In this document: positions 12,555 through 25,200 of the stretch, piece after piece
How positions within the stretch are numbered: position 1 is the first letter of the stretch
Layout of the letters: each line of letters begins with the position of its first letter
Origin: Phyllobates terribilis
Lineage: Eukaryota
Reading direction: 5' to 3'
Length of the DNA: 64,000 nt
Assembly: GCF_046119375.1 (NCBI RefSeq)
Contig: NW_027362762.1
Coordinates: forward strand, 391,530,001-391,594,000
Made by a program: the position numbers and the translations under genes
Notes under the pieces: model-generated
Seen by the model: the letters and a program-made list of their open reading frames with translations, nothing else
Told to the model about the DNA's origin: nothing
Databases searched by the model: none

Positions 12555-13101
12555 TATAACTTCCTCTATATCTAGGGGATTGGCATATTGGCCTCAGTAA
12601 CATGGAAAATTCGGTCTCCTGCCCACACTGCTGAGCTGATCTGGGTCTGCTATAAAACAGCAGTTTCTGCTCCCTACCAGCAATCACTAGGAAGGGAGGA
12701 GAACTTTCTTTTAGTGCTTCCTAAACTGAATACCCAACGCTCGTTAAAGCCCTCCCATCAAACTTTTTATTGGATAAACCTGTGTGAATGTATCTGTAGT
12801 GTCGGTACATTAATATGCTCACATTGCTTCCCCGGCTTCCATTGACCGTGCCGGTTATCTTCTGGGTCACATGACTGCTATTCTGACTTGCTAGATCACA
12901 CAGTGCTGTGTGTCGGATGTTGCTTTTTTCATATAAGCCTATGGGGGTGTGTGTGTGTTTGTGTTCACTCACAGCAATCAGAGCTTTAAAAAAAAAAATG
13001 TGGAATCAATATAAGGAAATATCGAGTCAATTATACACTGATTAGAAAAATTATGGCGAATGATTACTGAGTTTTTGCTCGCCTTTCCTCTTTTTCAATA
13101 G

Positions 13102-13356
13102 ATGTAAGATCCTGGACAAACACCTGGCGATTCTGGCCAAGAAGCATTTCGAAACAAAATTCCTGAAACTGAACGTGGAGAAGGCTCCCTTCTTATGTGA
13201 ACGGCTGCGCATTAAAGTCATCCCAACTCTGGCACTAGTAAAGGATGGAAAAACGAGAGATTATATTGTCGGCTTTACTGATTTGGGGAACACCGATGAG
13301 TTCACTACAGAGACCTTGGAATGGAGACTTGGCTGTGCCGATATAATTACCTACAG
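13102..13356 (+). CDS. TXNDC9: TXNDC9 coding exon 3 (thioredoxin-like fold)
   Basis: caatag|A TGT AAG... [84 protein letters not shown], donor AG|gtagga, 255 nt. Confidence 0.95.
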
Positions 13357-13917
13357 GTAGGAAATGTTTCATTCTAGGTGCAGGCTCTTTTTCTGCTTCC
13401 TTTTAGTGAATTGTTTCTATAAGGTTGACGGAGTTCAGTTGCACAGCCTAAAAGCTACATGGTATCTGCATAAGATGCAATACCAGACATACCTCATTCT
13501 TTACAGTACCTGCACATCTGACATGGTGCTTCGCTCTTAGATGCTGGGCGGTACAGTTACCATTGAGCAAATTGTGCATGAATTTGATTGATTACGGTTG
13601 GATCAGCACACAATACTCTTCTGGCGTGGTACAGTTGCCACAGAACTTTATTGCCCATTGTTTGGGAAAGACGAGCTACAATTTTCTTTCTTTACTTTGG
13701 GTTTAGAATAGTTTTTAGAGGAAGACTTTTTTTTTTTTTGAAGGTCACATACATCACCAGGATTCTTGTAGCATGTGTGAAAGGACAACCCTTTTAATTT
13801 CTTGACTTTAAGACAAGTATATATGCATTAAGGCTGGAATACTAGCTCCGTGCATAGTTTTCTTTTATTATCCTGTGGCTATTTATGATTTTGCTTTTGC
13901 TTTTTTTTTCATTCTAG

Positions 13918-14035
13918 TGGAAATCTTATGGAGCCTCCTTTTCAAAATCAGAAGAAATATGGTTCTCACTTCACAAAGCTGGAAAAGAAAAGTATACGAG
14001 GAAAGAAATATGATTCAGACTCTGATGACGACTAG
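13918..14035 (+). CDS. TXNDC9: TXNDC9 last coding exon
   Basis: ttctag|T GGA AAT... GNLMEPPFQNQKKYGSHFTKLEKKSIRGKKYDSDSDDD*, TAG 14033-14035. Spliced CDS is 177+119+255+118=669 nt = 222 aa. Candidate polyA signal ATTAAA at 14164-14169. Confidence 0.95.
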
Positions 14036-14559
14036 GCATACATCTTTATGTTCCTCTGTGACTGAGCCTTCTTTATATGCCAGATCTTAAAATGAGATGT
14101 CATTGATAATCTTTCCCTGGGGATATGCAATTTATCAGTACAGAAGTGCAAATACCTTGGTCAATTAAAAAGTGTTCATACAAGCTAGATTTATTGGTTG
14201 AGGTTGGTAGTTGACGTCTTGCTCTAAAATGCAGGACTTTTCTTAAAAATTTTTATAATCTGAGCTATTTATATACAAAAAAAAAAAAAAACATGAAATA
14301 TAAATGAATGGTCCTTTTATGGCTTACATGTTCCTGATTTGAATACATCTACTGCAAATGCTTTTTTGTTTTTTAGTAGTTTTTTCTTAAATTATATCCC
14401 TAATAACTCAAGGGTGTAAATTATTACTTGCATTAGATTACCACTTTGATTTTCTTCAAACAATTTACATGGTATTTGTCAACTCTGAAAATGCTACCGG
14501 CTTTGTCATGGGGCGTGCAGTTAGTGGATAGTCATCGCTCAATATACTGTCAGCAGCTG

Positions 14560-15058
14560 CTGTAGGCACATCATTGGTGGGGTGGTGCTACCTCAGTGAG
14601 TGACAGCAGTCTGAGCTCGCATGCTCACATCAGACTTCACTCTCCTCCTCTGCCTGGTCCTGCCGATTCTTTGGAGCGCCATCCCTTCAGCTGACAAGTG
14701 CTACGATGTGCTGCTGATCATTAGAAAGCTTTTCAGCTGAAGGGACGGCACTTCAACGCTTTGGCAGAGCCAGTCTACACCACGCATGACCAAGCTCAGA
14801 TCAGGCTTCACTCTCCTTCTCTGCCTGGATCCTGCTGAAGCTTTGAAGTGCCATTCCTTCAGCAGACAAGCCCTGTGTTATGCTTTTTAATGATCAGCAG
14901 CACATCGCAGCGCATGTCAACTGAAGGGATGGCGCTCCAAAGCATCGGCAGGATCCAGGCGGAAGAGGAGAGTGAAGTCTCATCTGAGCATGCATGCTCA
15001 GACTGCATTGCTGTCACTCACTGAGAGGTAGCCCCACCCCTACCAATGACATGCGCTA
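14560..15058. mobile_element. Fold-back element downstream of the TXNDC9 stop codon
   Basis: 14560-14725 is an imperfect inverted repeat of 14885-15058, and the loop holds a further partial copy of the arm. Confidence 0.7.
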
Positions 15059-16489
15059 CTCAGTTTGTCCTACTCTGGTCCCCAGATCGGAAGTAGCAGT
15101 GACTGCATCACAACAGAGGACAACTAGATGACCCACACAGAGATACGTTTACCGAAGCAGGGCAGGTAATAGAAGTATATTAGAAAAGTGATTATTATGA
15201 AGCGTTAGGACATGTGAAAGGGGGTAAAAGCAGTAGTTGAAAACCTTTAAAGCCGGCGGCTCCAGAGAAGAAATAAATTAATTTTCTCCCAGTGTCCCAA
15301 CCTTCAGTAAGGTGGCATTGTAATACTATTAATCTGCAGATTAACCTTATAACTGCTGGTGAATAGCGTTTTCCGAGGTGAAAGGTTTCATTTGCGTGTA
15401 CCTATAATTTAAAAATAAGTGCTAAAGCCACCACTGATCTCATAACTGAAAGGATAAAATCTGTCAGCTGAGCACTGTGTCCTTCTGGCTGTCATATGAT
15501 CTGCAAAGAGATTTGACCAGAGATGTGTACACTGAAAACTTTGCCTCTCCAAGAATCAACCAAGTAGATCCGAAGAGGTGCGGTGCTCAGATGAGTTAGT
15601 CTGCACCTTCATTTAAATGATACCCTGACTCCCTTCTGACATGCCACAGAAGATTTATTGCAGGGACTTTAAATAAACGATCTCCTAGTTGTATTCTTCA
15701 CTCTAAAACCTGTTTGCATAAAGATCATAGGTTTCCACTTGGGACTGAACTTTTATAGGCTTAAAATAAATTCAGTTTCTGTTACATGTCACCTTCTGTA
15801 CGAATCTTGGGGCCTTACAATGATTAATATGGCAATGCAAACCATTTTCATATCTAAATATTATAGCTCCTTTTCTAAACAGACTAATAATAAAGCTGAA
15901 ACGAATTAATCAGATTTTCTTTGTGTTTATTCACACCTAATATCGGTTTCTAATTCTGAAAATGTCTGGCTTTTCACCTGAATGATCAGTATGATAATAA
16001 CTGCTCGCCTGGGTTTAGAGAAGCTGAACCTACTGCAATCAGCGGATCGCCTAATAGGACTCTTCGTGAGATGACCTTTTTAATTCCAATTTTCCTGCAA
16101 TAATTTACTTTAAAATAACACACTGTTTGAAAAGACTACTAGTTGAGACATTGGCACAGCATTGCCAGTAAGAGGAGTACAGTAATGTACAACAAGTACG
16201 GGTGCCATTCTAGTTCTGATGGGGACACATTTCTTTTAGGTAATTTTTAATAGCAGTGAAAATGGTTAAAAATTTGTTATCATTCAATTTGCGTATTCTA
16301 AAAGCAGATTTATTTATAATATAAAATTTATTAACAAAGCGTATACTAAAACTCAGAAAAAATTATTTTTCATGGCACAAGCCCATCATGCAAAAGTCAG
16401 TCACCTCTAAGTAGCCATGTGCCTTGGCTCTTTTGACGTCACTTTCCGAATAATGCATGATTCAATATTCCTTGCACGAATAGCCATTT

Positions 16490-16752
16490 ATCCCTACCAG
16501 AACCTGTCAGCATGGCTCTGCACATACTGTATCAGCAGACTCCTTGTCAGTCAGGGTGCAGACTTACTGACTACTGCACTGCTTGTTAATCTGATGAGTG
16601 CTCAGCACTGGACTGGTAGAGGGATTGCCTATCAGTCTGTCGCTGAGCGCTCATCAGCAGCGCAGCAGTGAGTCAATGTCCGCCCTGGCCAGCACTGCGA
16701 CTGTGTTAATACTGGATGCGCTGAGCCATGCTGACAGGTTCTGGTAGGGACT
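16490..16752. mobile_element. Fold-back core of a MITE
   Basis: TCCCTACCAGAACCTGTCAGCATGGCTC matches the reverse complement of GAGCCATGCTGACAGGTTCTGGTAGGGA. Confidence 0.65.
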
Positions 16753-19341
16753 AACAGTTCTCCATGGAAGGTAGAAAATCAGGGAATAACTCGCCTTACT
16801 TTAATGCTATACATCATGGGAAAGTAACTTCTGCAGACCAGAGGAGCATGATGGCTTCCTGAAGTCGGCTCATTTGTATAATAGTCTCTTGCTACGAAAA
16901 GGGATTTTTCTAAGTTATGCTTTGTTAATAAATTTTATGTTTAAATGGTATGTTTTATTACATCTGTGGTTCAATTAAAGACCCAATAGTGATGGGGTCT
17001 TCTTTAACTGTCTTGATTGATGCAGGCTATTTTAACTACTGCTCTTTCAATCAGCTCATTGGCGAAAAATCTTACTCCTATAAAACTAATATTGATGATA
17101 TATTCTAGCAATTCTGGAAAAACCTCCTTTAAACAAGAGGAATCAGAATTATATCTGATCCTGGCAATTGCAGCATGAATATTTTACAGCCAGCTCAGTC
17201 GGTGTATGGAGCAATTGAAGCTCCTGAGCACACTCCTTACAACTTTCACCATGTAAGTATGATGCACAGTCGAGAAAAGTTTAAAGGGATTTTTAAACTT
17301 ACAATAATTAATCTCTAAAGCCTGAAAACATACAACTTTTTAAAAACTTTTATCTGTTTGCTGTTATGTCAGCATTAATTAAAGAGCAGATAGTCACAGT
17401 AATCTCATGGACGTTATAATATCACATTTTTGGACATAGAGCGATCTGGACAAGGAGGAGTTCAAATTTTTTTTAATTTTTAGGTATAACTACAAGATTA
17501 TCTTGTTTTTCCCACTGAGAGCAAGCTCTATTCTCTCCTCTTCAGAAGCGCCCAACTCCCCAGCTTCCTGCTTGATTGACAGTTCAATCTTGCCACATTC
17601 CCATGCCACTGGCCCAAATTGCCCTCCCAATGCTGCAAGCAAAGGCAACCTTGCCTCTGAAGTATTAGAAATTGGCCAGATCTAGCGGATCCACCAGCTT
17701 CAGAGCAGCATTTACAAGTTTTGTTAGCGCTAATTTTTACAAGCATTTTACAACTTTAACCATTTATGATTATGATAATAACCCTTTAAAGATGACCTGT
17801 TAGCAGCATTTGGAATTGTAAGACAGATTCAATTGATACTTGTTTGAAGACATCCATGTGCTTATTCTTCAGGAAACACCTGTTGAATTTACATGCTAAT
17901 GAGGTGCATAAGCCGCAAGGTTGGACACTGCTGTTTGTCTTCATCTGCAAATCTGGGTGTTCGCCAGCCGTTCCAACTGCCTCTGTTTTTGATTGACAGG
18001 TCACTGCTTTTTCAGTGACTTTCTTCCTCTCATAAAAATTCACGCAGGTGCTGACATTGCTGGGGAAAGTGCATGGACAGTAACTTCCACATCATGTAAT
18101 TGAGCTGAGCCATTGTTACGCACCTGTGACAATGACTGTGCCTGTGTGAGATTTGAGATTTTGTCCAGGGGAAAAAGAGCACGCAGTGACATGTCTGTCA
18201 TAGACCAGAGACTGAAATTAACTGCACTCTTGAAATTGCTTTAAATGCTTCATCTAGAAATTCCCTTATTTGTGTAACAATCACAAAACACATGATCCAC
18301 AGTGTGAGGACATAGACAACCAGAAACCAGACGTTTTGACCTATTCCGGTCATTATCGCATAGTCTCTAAAAAGGAGAAAGGGAAAAAATAATACATGAA
18401 AGTGCTGTACAATATATACAGTGTAAATGTGTGTGTGTGTATATAGAGTAAAACAAAATGGAGAATTTCTAGTACAAGGGGCAAGAAGGCTGAAAAGAAC
18501 ACCATAAATTGTAGAAGGGTGACCGTTTGACATTCAGTGATCCATAACATTGGATATTTTGCATAATCAAAGACAAAGAGGTAATGGTTTTTGTAATGTA
18601 GTCATATGTATAGAAAGCAATATATATAAAATTATGAGAATAATATAACCACCATGTCACGGTAACTACACTAGAGTATAGGTCTTAAAGTGCTCACAGA
18701 TAGTAATGAAAGGCCATATAAAGAGTAATGAAATATATAGAGAAAGGGTACAAGTAAAATTGCAATAAAAACATATATTGGTTTCCCCTTCCTGTCCACT
18801 GGAATCTATGACATGGAAAATGTATGACACAACATGAAAAGACATAAGAATAATAAAATTGTTCAGGGTATGAGCGCATCAGTCCAATGTATTACCTGTG
18901 CCCAACATGTGGAGAGGATAGGGAGAAGTAGGTGCTATGCGCGCTGTTGTCCACAGGGAGGACAAGCAAACTGCATGCTGATATAGTGCGCCGGCCCGGA
19001 AGCGCATCATCGATGAGGATGGCGTCACTAAGGGGCACGGTGAAGAATTCCTAGAGTTGCCATGACGCTAACAGAAAACTGGCGCATGTGTGGAGGCAGG
19101 GGCGTAATGATCGCGGTTGTAGAAGGTGAAACAGCCTGTGCAGGAGGGGGACCCACAGACCCCAGCGCCCACATCAGCTGAATGTGTGTCCTCGGACACT
19201 GCAATACACGCTGCCAGCCAATCAGAGGCTGTCAGCTAATGTCAGCGTGCCAGGCATTGGCATTTCATGGCAGTGATGTCATACGTTGCCATAGCAGGCA
19301 TGCCAATGTCAGCTCTCGGCCTCTGATTGGCCGGCGACATT

Positions 19342-20766
19342 CAGGTGCTTCTCACAAAATTAGAATATCATCAAAAAGTTAATTTATTTCAGTTCTATAT
19401 AAAAAGTGAAACTCATATATTATATATAGTCATTACAAACAGAGTGATCTATTTCAAGTGTTTATTTCTGTTAATGTTGATGATTATGGATTACAGCCAA
19501 TGAAAACACAAAAGTCATTATCTCAGTAAATTAGAATACTTTATAACAACAGCTTGAAAAATGTTTTTACAATCTGAAATGTTGGGCTACTGAAATGTAT
19601 GTTCAGTAAATGCACTCAATACTTGGTCGGGGCTCCTTTTGCATCAATTATTGCATCAATGCGGCGTGGCATGGAGGCGATCAGCCTGTGGCACTGCTGA
19701 GGTGTTATGGAAGCCCAGGTTGCTTTGATAGCAGCCTTCAGCTCATCTACATTGTTGGGTCTGGTGTCTCTCTTCTTCCTCTTGACAATACTCCATAGAT
19801 TCTCTATGAGGTTAAGGTCAGGCGAGTTTGCCGGCCAATCAAGCACAGTGATACTGTTATTTATAAACCAGGTATTGGTACCTTTGGCAGTGTGGACAGG
19901 TGCCAAGTCCTGCTGGAGAATGAAATTTCCATCTCCAAAAAGCTTATAGGCAAAGGGAAGCATGAAGTGCTCTAAAATTTCCTTGCAGACGGCTGCGCTG
20001 ACTTTGGTCTTGATAAAACACAGTGGACTTACACCAGCAGATGACATGGCTCCCCAAACCATCACTGATTGTGGAAACTTCACACTAGACCTCAAGCAGC
20101 TTGGATTGTGTGCCTCTCCACTCTTCCTCCAGATTCTGGGACCTTGATTTCAAAAGTAAATGCAAAATTTACTTTCATCTGAAAACAACACCTTGGACCA
20201 CTGAGCAGCAGTCCAGGTCTTTTTCTCCTTCGCCCAGGTAAGACGCTTGTGAATTCCCCCCAAATTTTTGAATGGCCTTTTCTTAATCCTTTCAAGGCTG
20301 TGGTTATCCCGGTTGCTTCTGCACCTTTTTCAACCACACTTTTTCCTTCCACTCAACTTTCCATTAATATGCTTGGATACAGCACTCTGTGAACAGCCAG
20401 CTTCTTTAGCAATGACCTTTTGTGACTTACCCTCCTTGTAGAGTGTGCCAGTGACTGCCTTCAGGACATCTGTCAAGTCAGCAGTCTTCCCCATGATTGT
20501 GGAGCCTACTGAAACAGACTAAGGGACCTTTTTAAACTCGTAGGAAGCCTTTGCTGGTGTTTTTGTTAATTATTCTAATTTACTGAGATAATGACTTTTG
20601 TGTTTTCATTGGCTGTAAGCCATAATCATCAACATTAACAGAAATAAACACTTGAAATAGATCACTCTGTAATGACTCTATATAATATATGAGTTTCACT
20701 TTTTGTATTGAAGAACTGAAATAAATGAACTTTTTGATGATATTCTAATTTTGTGAGAAGCACCTG
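19342..20766 (-). mobile_element. Tc1 (DD34E) element, family A copy 1; internally deleted transposase pseudogene
   Basis: Long TIRs (about 200 bp) CAGGTGCTTCTCACAAAATTAGAAT; minus-strand fragments with VMVWGAMS, LQQDLAPVH and SPDLNLIENLW. Confidence 0.92.
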
Positions 20767-20885
20767 TATATTGCAGCACAGGGAACGGGAGGACATAAGA
20801 GGACAACAAAGAGGACACCGACGTCAAAGGAGCTGAGGAAGGTGAGAAGAATGGTGTTTTTCTTTTATGCAGAGTGGGGAACATA

Positions 20886-22131
20886 GAGCAGGTGAAATAT
20901 GTATTGAACAAATCACCAATTTTCTACGTAAATATATTTTTAAAGACGTTATGGAGATAACATTTTCACCAGATGTCAGTAACAACCCATCCAATCCACA
21001 CAGGCAAAGAATCAAACCATAGATGCCCATAAATTCTGTGTTATAATGAGAAATTACACCAGAAAAAGTATTGAACACGCTTGCTTAAATTTAATTAATA
21101 CTTTGTACAAAAGCCTTTGCTGGTAATGACAGCTTCAAGATGCCTCCTGTATGGAGAAACTAGTCACATGCATTGCTCAGGTGTGATTTTGGCCCATTCT
21201 TCCACACAAACGCTTATCAAATCCTAAAGGTTCAGTGGGCTCCTTCCATGAACACTGAGTAAAGATGGGCAAACCCGAACGGTAAAGTTCGGGATCCGTA
21301 CCAGACACATAGTGCTATTCTAGCAGCTTTATTTTCTTTCTCTGAAACCAATTGAGAGTTTCCTTGGCAGTGTGTTTGGGATCATTGTCTTGCTGAAATA
21401 TCCATACTCGTTTCATCTTCATCATCCTAATAGATGACAGCAGATTGTTTTCAAGAATGTCACGGTACATTTGCCCATTAATCCTTCCTTAAATTATTTG
21501 AAGTTTGCAGGTGCTTTATGCTGAAAAACAGCCCCATACCATGATGTTCCCATCTCCAAACTTCACTGTTGGTATGGTATTTTGGGCGTGATATGCAGTG
21601 CCTTTTTCTCCTCCAAACATAATGTGCATTATGGCATCCAACGAGTTCAATTTTGGTCTCATCTGACCAGACTATATTCTTCCAGTATTTCACAGGCTTG
21701 TCTAAATGTTGTTGAGCAAACTTTAAACGCGCTTGAATAGTTGCAACGGTTTTGAGACAGCTCACTGGTTTAACCCATCGTGAGATGTTTCTTGTATGTC
21801 ACCTTACGTAAGGAAACACCTTTTTATAGGCCATCGGTTGAACCAGCTGATATTACTTTTCACAAAGTGGCAGGATTGCTTTCTAATTACTGATAGATTT
21901 CAGCTGGTGTCATGACTTTCCATGGCTTTTTGCACCACTCTTTCTTCATGTGTTCAATTTGTTTTCCTGTGTCAGTTCTCTTTATTACGCATAACTTAAT
22001 TTATGGACAGTTATGGTTTTATTGAATGGATTGTTACCGAGATCTGGTGAGAATTTCATGTCCATAGCAATACCTAAAAATATATTTACTTAGAAAATTG
22101 GTGACGTGTTCGATACTTATTTCACCCACTG
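20886..22131 (-). mobile_element. Degenerate Tc1 element (left end approximate)
   Basis: TIR CAGTGGGTGAAATAAGTATCGAACACGTCACCAATTTT at the right end plus TA; ORF remnant with [14 protein letters not shown]. Confidence 0.8.
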
Positions 22132-22168
22132 TATATACCAAAAAGGGGCCCAGGATGTGGGATATATA

Positions 22169-23782
22169 CAGTACAGACCAAAAGTTTGGACTCACCTTCT
22201 CATTTAAAGATTTTTCTGTATTTTCAAGACTATGAAAATTGTACATTCACACTAAAGGCATCAAAACTATGAATTAACACACGTGGAATTATATACTTAA
22301 CAAAAAAGTGTGAAACAACTGAAATATGTCTTATATTCTAGGTTCTTCAAAGTAGCCACCTTTTGCTTTGATGACTGCTTTGCACACTCTTGGCATTGTC
22401 TTGATGAGCTTCAAGAGGTAGTCTCTGGAAATGGTCTTCCAACAATCTTGAAGGAGTTCCCAGAGATGCTTAGCACTTGTTGGTCCTTTTGCCTTCACTC
22501 TGTGGTCCAGCTCACCCCAAACCATCTGGATTGGGTTTAGGTCTGGTGACTGTGGAGGCCAGGTCATCTGGCATAGCACCGCATCACTCTCCTTCTTGGT
22601 CAAATAGCCGTTACACAGCCTGGAGGTGTGTTTGGGGTCATTGTCCTGTTGAAAAATAAATGATGGTCCAGCTAAACGCAATCCGGATGGAATAGCATGC
22701 CGCTGCAAGATGCTGTGGTAGCCATGCTGGTTCAGTATGCCTTCAATTTTGAATAAATCCCCAGCAAAGCACCCCCACACCATCACACCTCCTCCATGCT
22801 TCACGGTGGGAACCAGGCACGTAGAGTCCATCCGTTCACCTTTTCTGCGTCGCACAAAGACACTGTGGTTGGAACCAAAGATCTCAAATTTGGACTCATC
22901 AGACCAAAGCACAGATTTCCACTGGTCTAATGTCCATTCATTGTATTCTTTAGCCCAAACAAGTCTCTTCTGCTTGTTGCCAGTCCTTAGCAGTGGTTTC
23001 CTAGCAGTTATTTTACCATGAAGGCCTGCTGCACAAAGTCTCCTCTTAACAGTTGTTGTAGAGATGTGTCTGCTGCTAGAACTCTGTGTGGCATTAACCT
23101 GGTCTCTAAACTGAACTGCTGATAACCTGCGATTTATGAGGTTGGTGACTCGGATAAACTTATCCTCAGAAGCAGAAGTGACTCTTGGTCTTCCTTTCCT
23201 GGGGCGGTCCTCATGTGAGCCAGTTTCTTTGTAGCGCTTGATTGTTTTTGCAACTGCACTTGGGGACACTTTCAAAGTTTTCCCAATTTTTCGGACTGAC
23301 TGACCTTCATTTCTTAAAGTAATGATGGCCACTTGTTTTTCTTTACTTAGCTGCTTTTTTCTCGCCATAATACAGATTCTAACAGTCTATTCAGTAGGAC
23401 TATCAGCTGTGCATCCACCAGACTTCTGCACAACACAACTGATGGTCCCAACCCCATTTATAAGGCAATAAATCGCACTTATTAAACCAGACAGGGCACA
23501 CCTGTGAAGTGAAAACCATTTCCGGTGACTACCTCTTGAAGCTCATCAAGAGAATGCCAAGAGTGTGCAAAGCAGTCATCAAAGCAAAAGGCGGCCACTT
23601 TGAAGAACCTAGAATATAAGACATATTTTCAGTTGTTTCACACTTTTTTGTTAAGTATATAATTCCACATGTGTTAATTCATAGTTTTGATGCCTTCAGT
23701 GTTAATGTGCAATTTTCAAAGTCATGAAAATACAGAAAAATCTTTAAATGAGAAGGTGTGTCCAAACTTTTGGTCTTTACTG
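22169..23782 (-). mobile_element. Full-length Tc1-like DD38E (Intruder-type) element
   Basis: TA|CAGTACAGACCAAAAGTTTGGAC...GTCCAAACTTTTGGTCTTTACTG|TA, 1614 bp, TIRs about 270 bp, 345-aa ORF. Confidence 0.93.
22331..23368 (-). CDS. Tc1-like transposase, open ORF, third catalytic residue E replaced by Q
   Basis: Paired-like N-terminus, GRPR motif, WSDESKF (D1), QQDNDPKH (D2), SPDLNPIQ 38 residues after D2 (CAG codon, plus-strand 22526-22528). Confidence 0.85.
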   Translation of the reverse strand: MARKKQLSKEKQVAIITLRNEGQSVRKIGKTLKVSPSAVAKTIKRYKETGSHEDRPRKGRPRVTSASEDKFIRVTNLINRRLSAVQFRDQVNATQSSSSRHISTTTVKRRLCAAGLHGKITARKPLLRTGNKQKRLVWAKEYNEWTLDQWKSVLWSDESKFEIFGSNHSVFVRRRKGERMDSTCLVPTVKHGGGVMVWGCFAGDLFKIEGILNQHGYHSILQRHAIPSGLRLAGPSFIFQQDNDPKHTSRLCNGYLTKKESDAVLCQMTWPPQSPDLNPIQMVWGELDHRVKAKGPTSAKHLWELLQDCWKTISRDYLLKLIKTMPRVCKAVIKAKGGYFEEPRI

Positions 23783-23788
23783 TATATA

Positions 23789-24168
23789 CAGCTCTGGCAA
23801 AAATTAAGAGACCACTGAACAGTTTTCTATTGGAAAGCATGGAAAAACTGGTGGAAAGCATGCCAAGACGCATGGAAGCTGTGATTAAAAATCATGGTTA
23901 GTCCACCAAATATTGATTTCTGAATTGTTCCTGAGTTAAAACATGAGTAATTTGAGGTCTGAAAGCTCTGTTTCTTTTTTAGTATTTTGACGCTTTATTA
24001 TTTGCTGCAAATAAATACAAATTTTTTAGCTTTTAATTTCGGAGACATGTTGTCAGTAGTTTATAGACTAAAACAACAATGTACATTTTACTCAAAAATA
24101 TACGTATAAAGATAAAAATCAGAGAAACTGAAAATTTTGCAGTGGTCTCTTAATTTTTGCCAGAGCTG
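23789..24168 (+). mobile_element. 380-bp internally deleted Tc1 derivative
   Basis: TA|CAGCTCTGGCAAAAATTAAGAGACCACTG...CAGTGGTCTCTTAATTTTTGCCAGAGCTG|TA; retains C-terminal KLVESMPRRMEAVIK. Confidence 0.9.
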
Positions 24169-24169
24169 T

Positions 24170-24302
24170 ATATACCAGCATGGGGGGCATATATACCAGG
24201 ATGGAGGACATGTAAACCAAGAAGGGGCCCTGGATGAAGGACATATATGCCAGGAAGGGGCCCAGGATGAGGGACATATATACCAGGAAAGGGCCCAGGA
24301 TT
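24170..24302. repeat. About 31-bp minisatellite (CATATATACCAGGAAAGGGCCCAGGATGAGGGA-like)
   Basis: About 4 degenerate units; a single unit also lies at 22132-22168. Confidence 0.7.
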
Positions 24303-24307
24303 GCGTA

Positions 24308-24612
24308 CAGTACAGACCAAAAGTTTGGACACACCTTCTCATTTAAAGATTTTTCTGTATTTTCATGACTATGAAAATTGTACATTCACACTGAAGGCAT
24401 CAAAACTATGAATTAACACATGTGAAATTATATACTTAACAAAAAAGTGTGAAACAACTGAAAATATGTCTTATATTCTAGGTTCTTCAATGTAGCCACC
24501 TTTTGCTTTGATGACTGCTTTGCACACTCTTGGCATTCTCTTGATGAGCTTCAAGAGGTAGTCACCGGAAATGGTTTTCACTTCACAGGTGTGCCCTGTC
24601 TGGTTTAATAAG
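24308..24612 (+). mobile_element. Truncated 5' end of a second DD38E element
   Basis: Reverse complement of 23470-23782, preceded by TA. Confidence 0.88.
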
Positions 24613-24741
24613 TTTTTTCATTGAAGACAAATTAAATGAAGATAATAATACCAAAGAATTTGTGATTGCAATCATTTTCAGGAAGAAACTGAGTATTATC
24701 TGACAAAATTGCAGGGGTGCCAATACTTTTGGCCACCACTG
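24613..24741. mobile_element. Terminal fragment of the Tc1 family seen at 33712-35347
   Basis: Matches that element's TIR (...GGGGTGCCAATACTTTTGGCCACCACTG|TA). Confidence 0.85.
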
Positions 24742-24744
24742 TAT

Positions 24745-25200
24745 GTTGTATAATTCAGTCACTATGTGGTGGTAATATGTGGTCTGGTCATGGTGTGATG
24801 GTATTTGTCACTTGTACGCGGTATTATTCGGTCACTTTGTGGTTGTAATACAGTATGTCATCAGGTCATAATGTGATGGTATTTGTTCCTTGTATGTAGT
24901 ATTATTCAGTCACTATGTGGTGGTAATATGTGATCTGGTCATGGTATGTCTGTATTTCTCCCTTCTATGTGGTATTATTAGGACACTATGTGGTGGTAAT
25001 ATATAGTCTGCTCATGGTGTGGCAGTATTTGTCCCCTGTATGTGGTAATAGTCGGTGACTATGTGGTGGTAATATGTGGTTTGGTCATGGTGTGGCAGTA
25101 TTTGTTCCTTGCATGTGGTATTATTCCGTCATTATGTGGTGGTAATATGTGGTCTGGCCATGGTGTAACGGTATTTACTCCTTGTATGTGGTATTATTTG
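24745..25200. repeat. 73-bp tandem repeat, about 6 units
   Basis: CACTATGTGGTGGTAATATGTGGTCTGGTCATGG anchors at 24760, 24833, 24911, 24984, 25057 and 25130. Confidence 0.9.

Noticed and set aside
24745-25200. Regular repeat that could be mistaken for a CRISPR array
   Set aside because: Head-to-tail 73-bp units without unique spacers, eukaryotic context, no cas genes.
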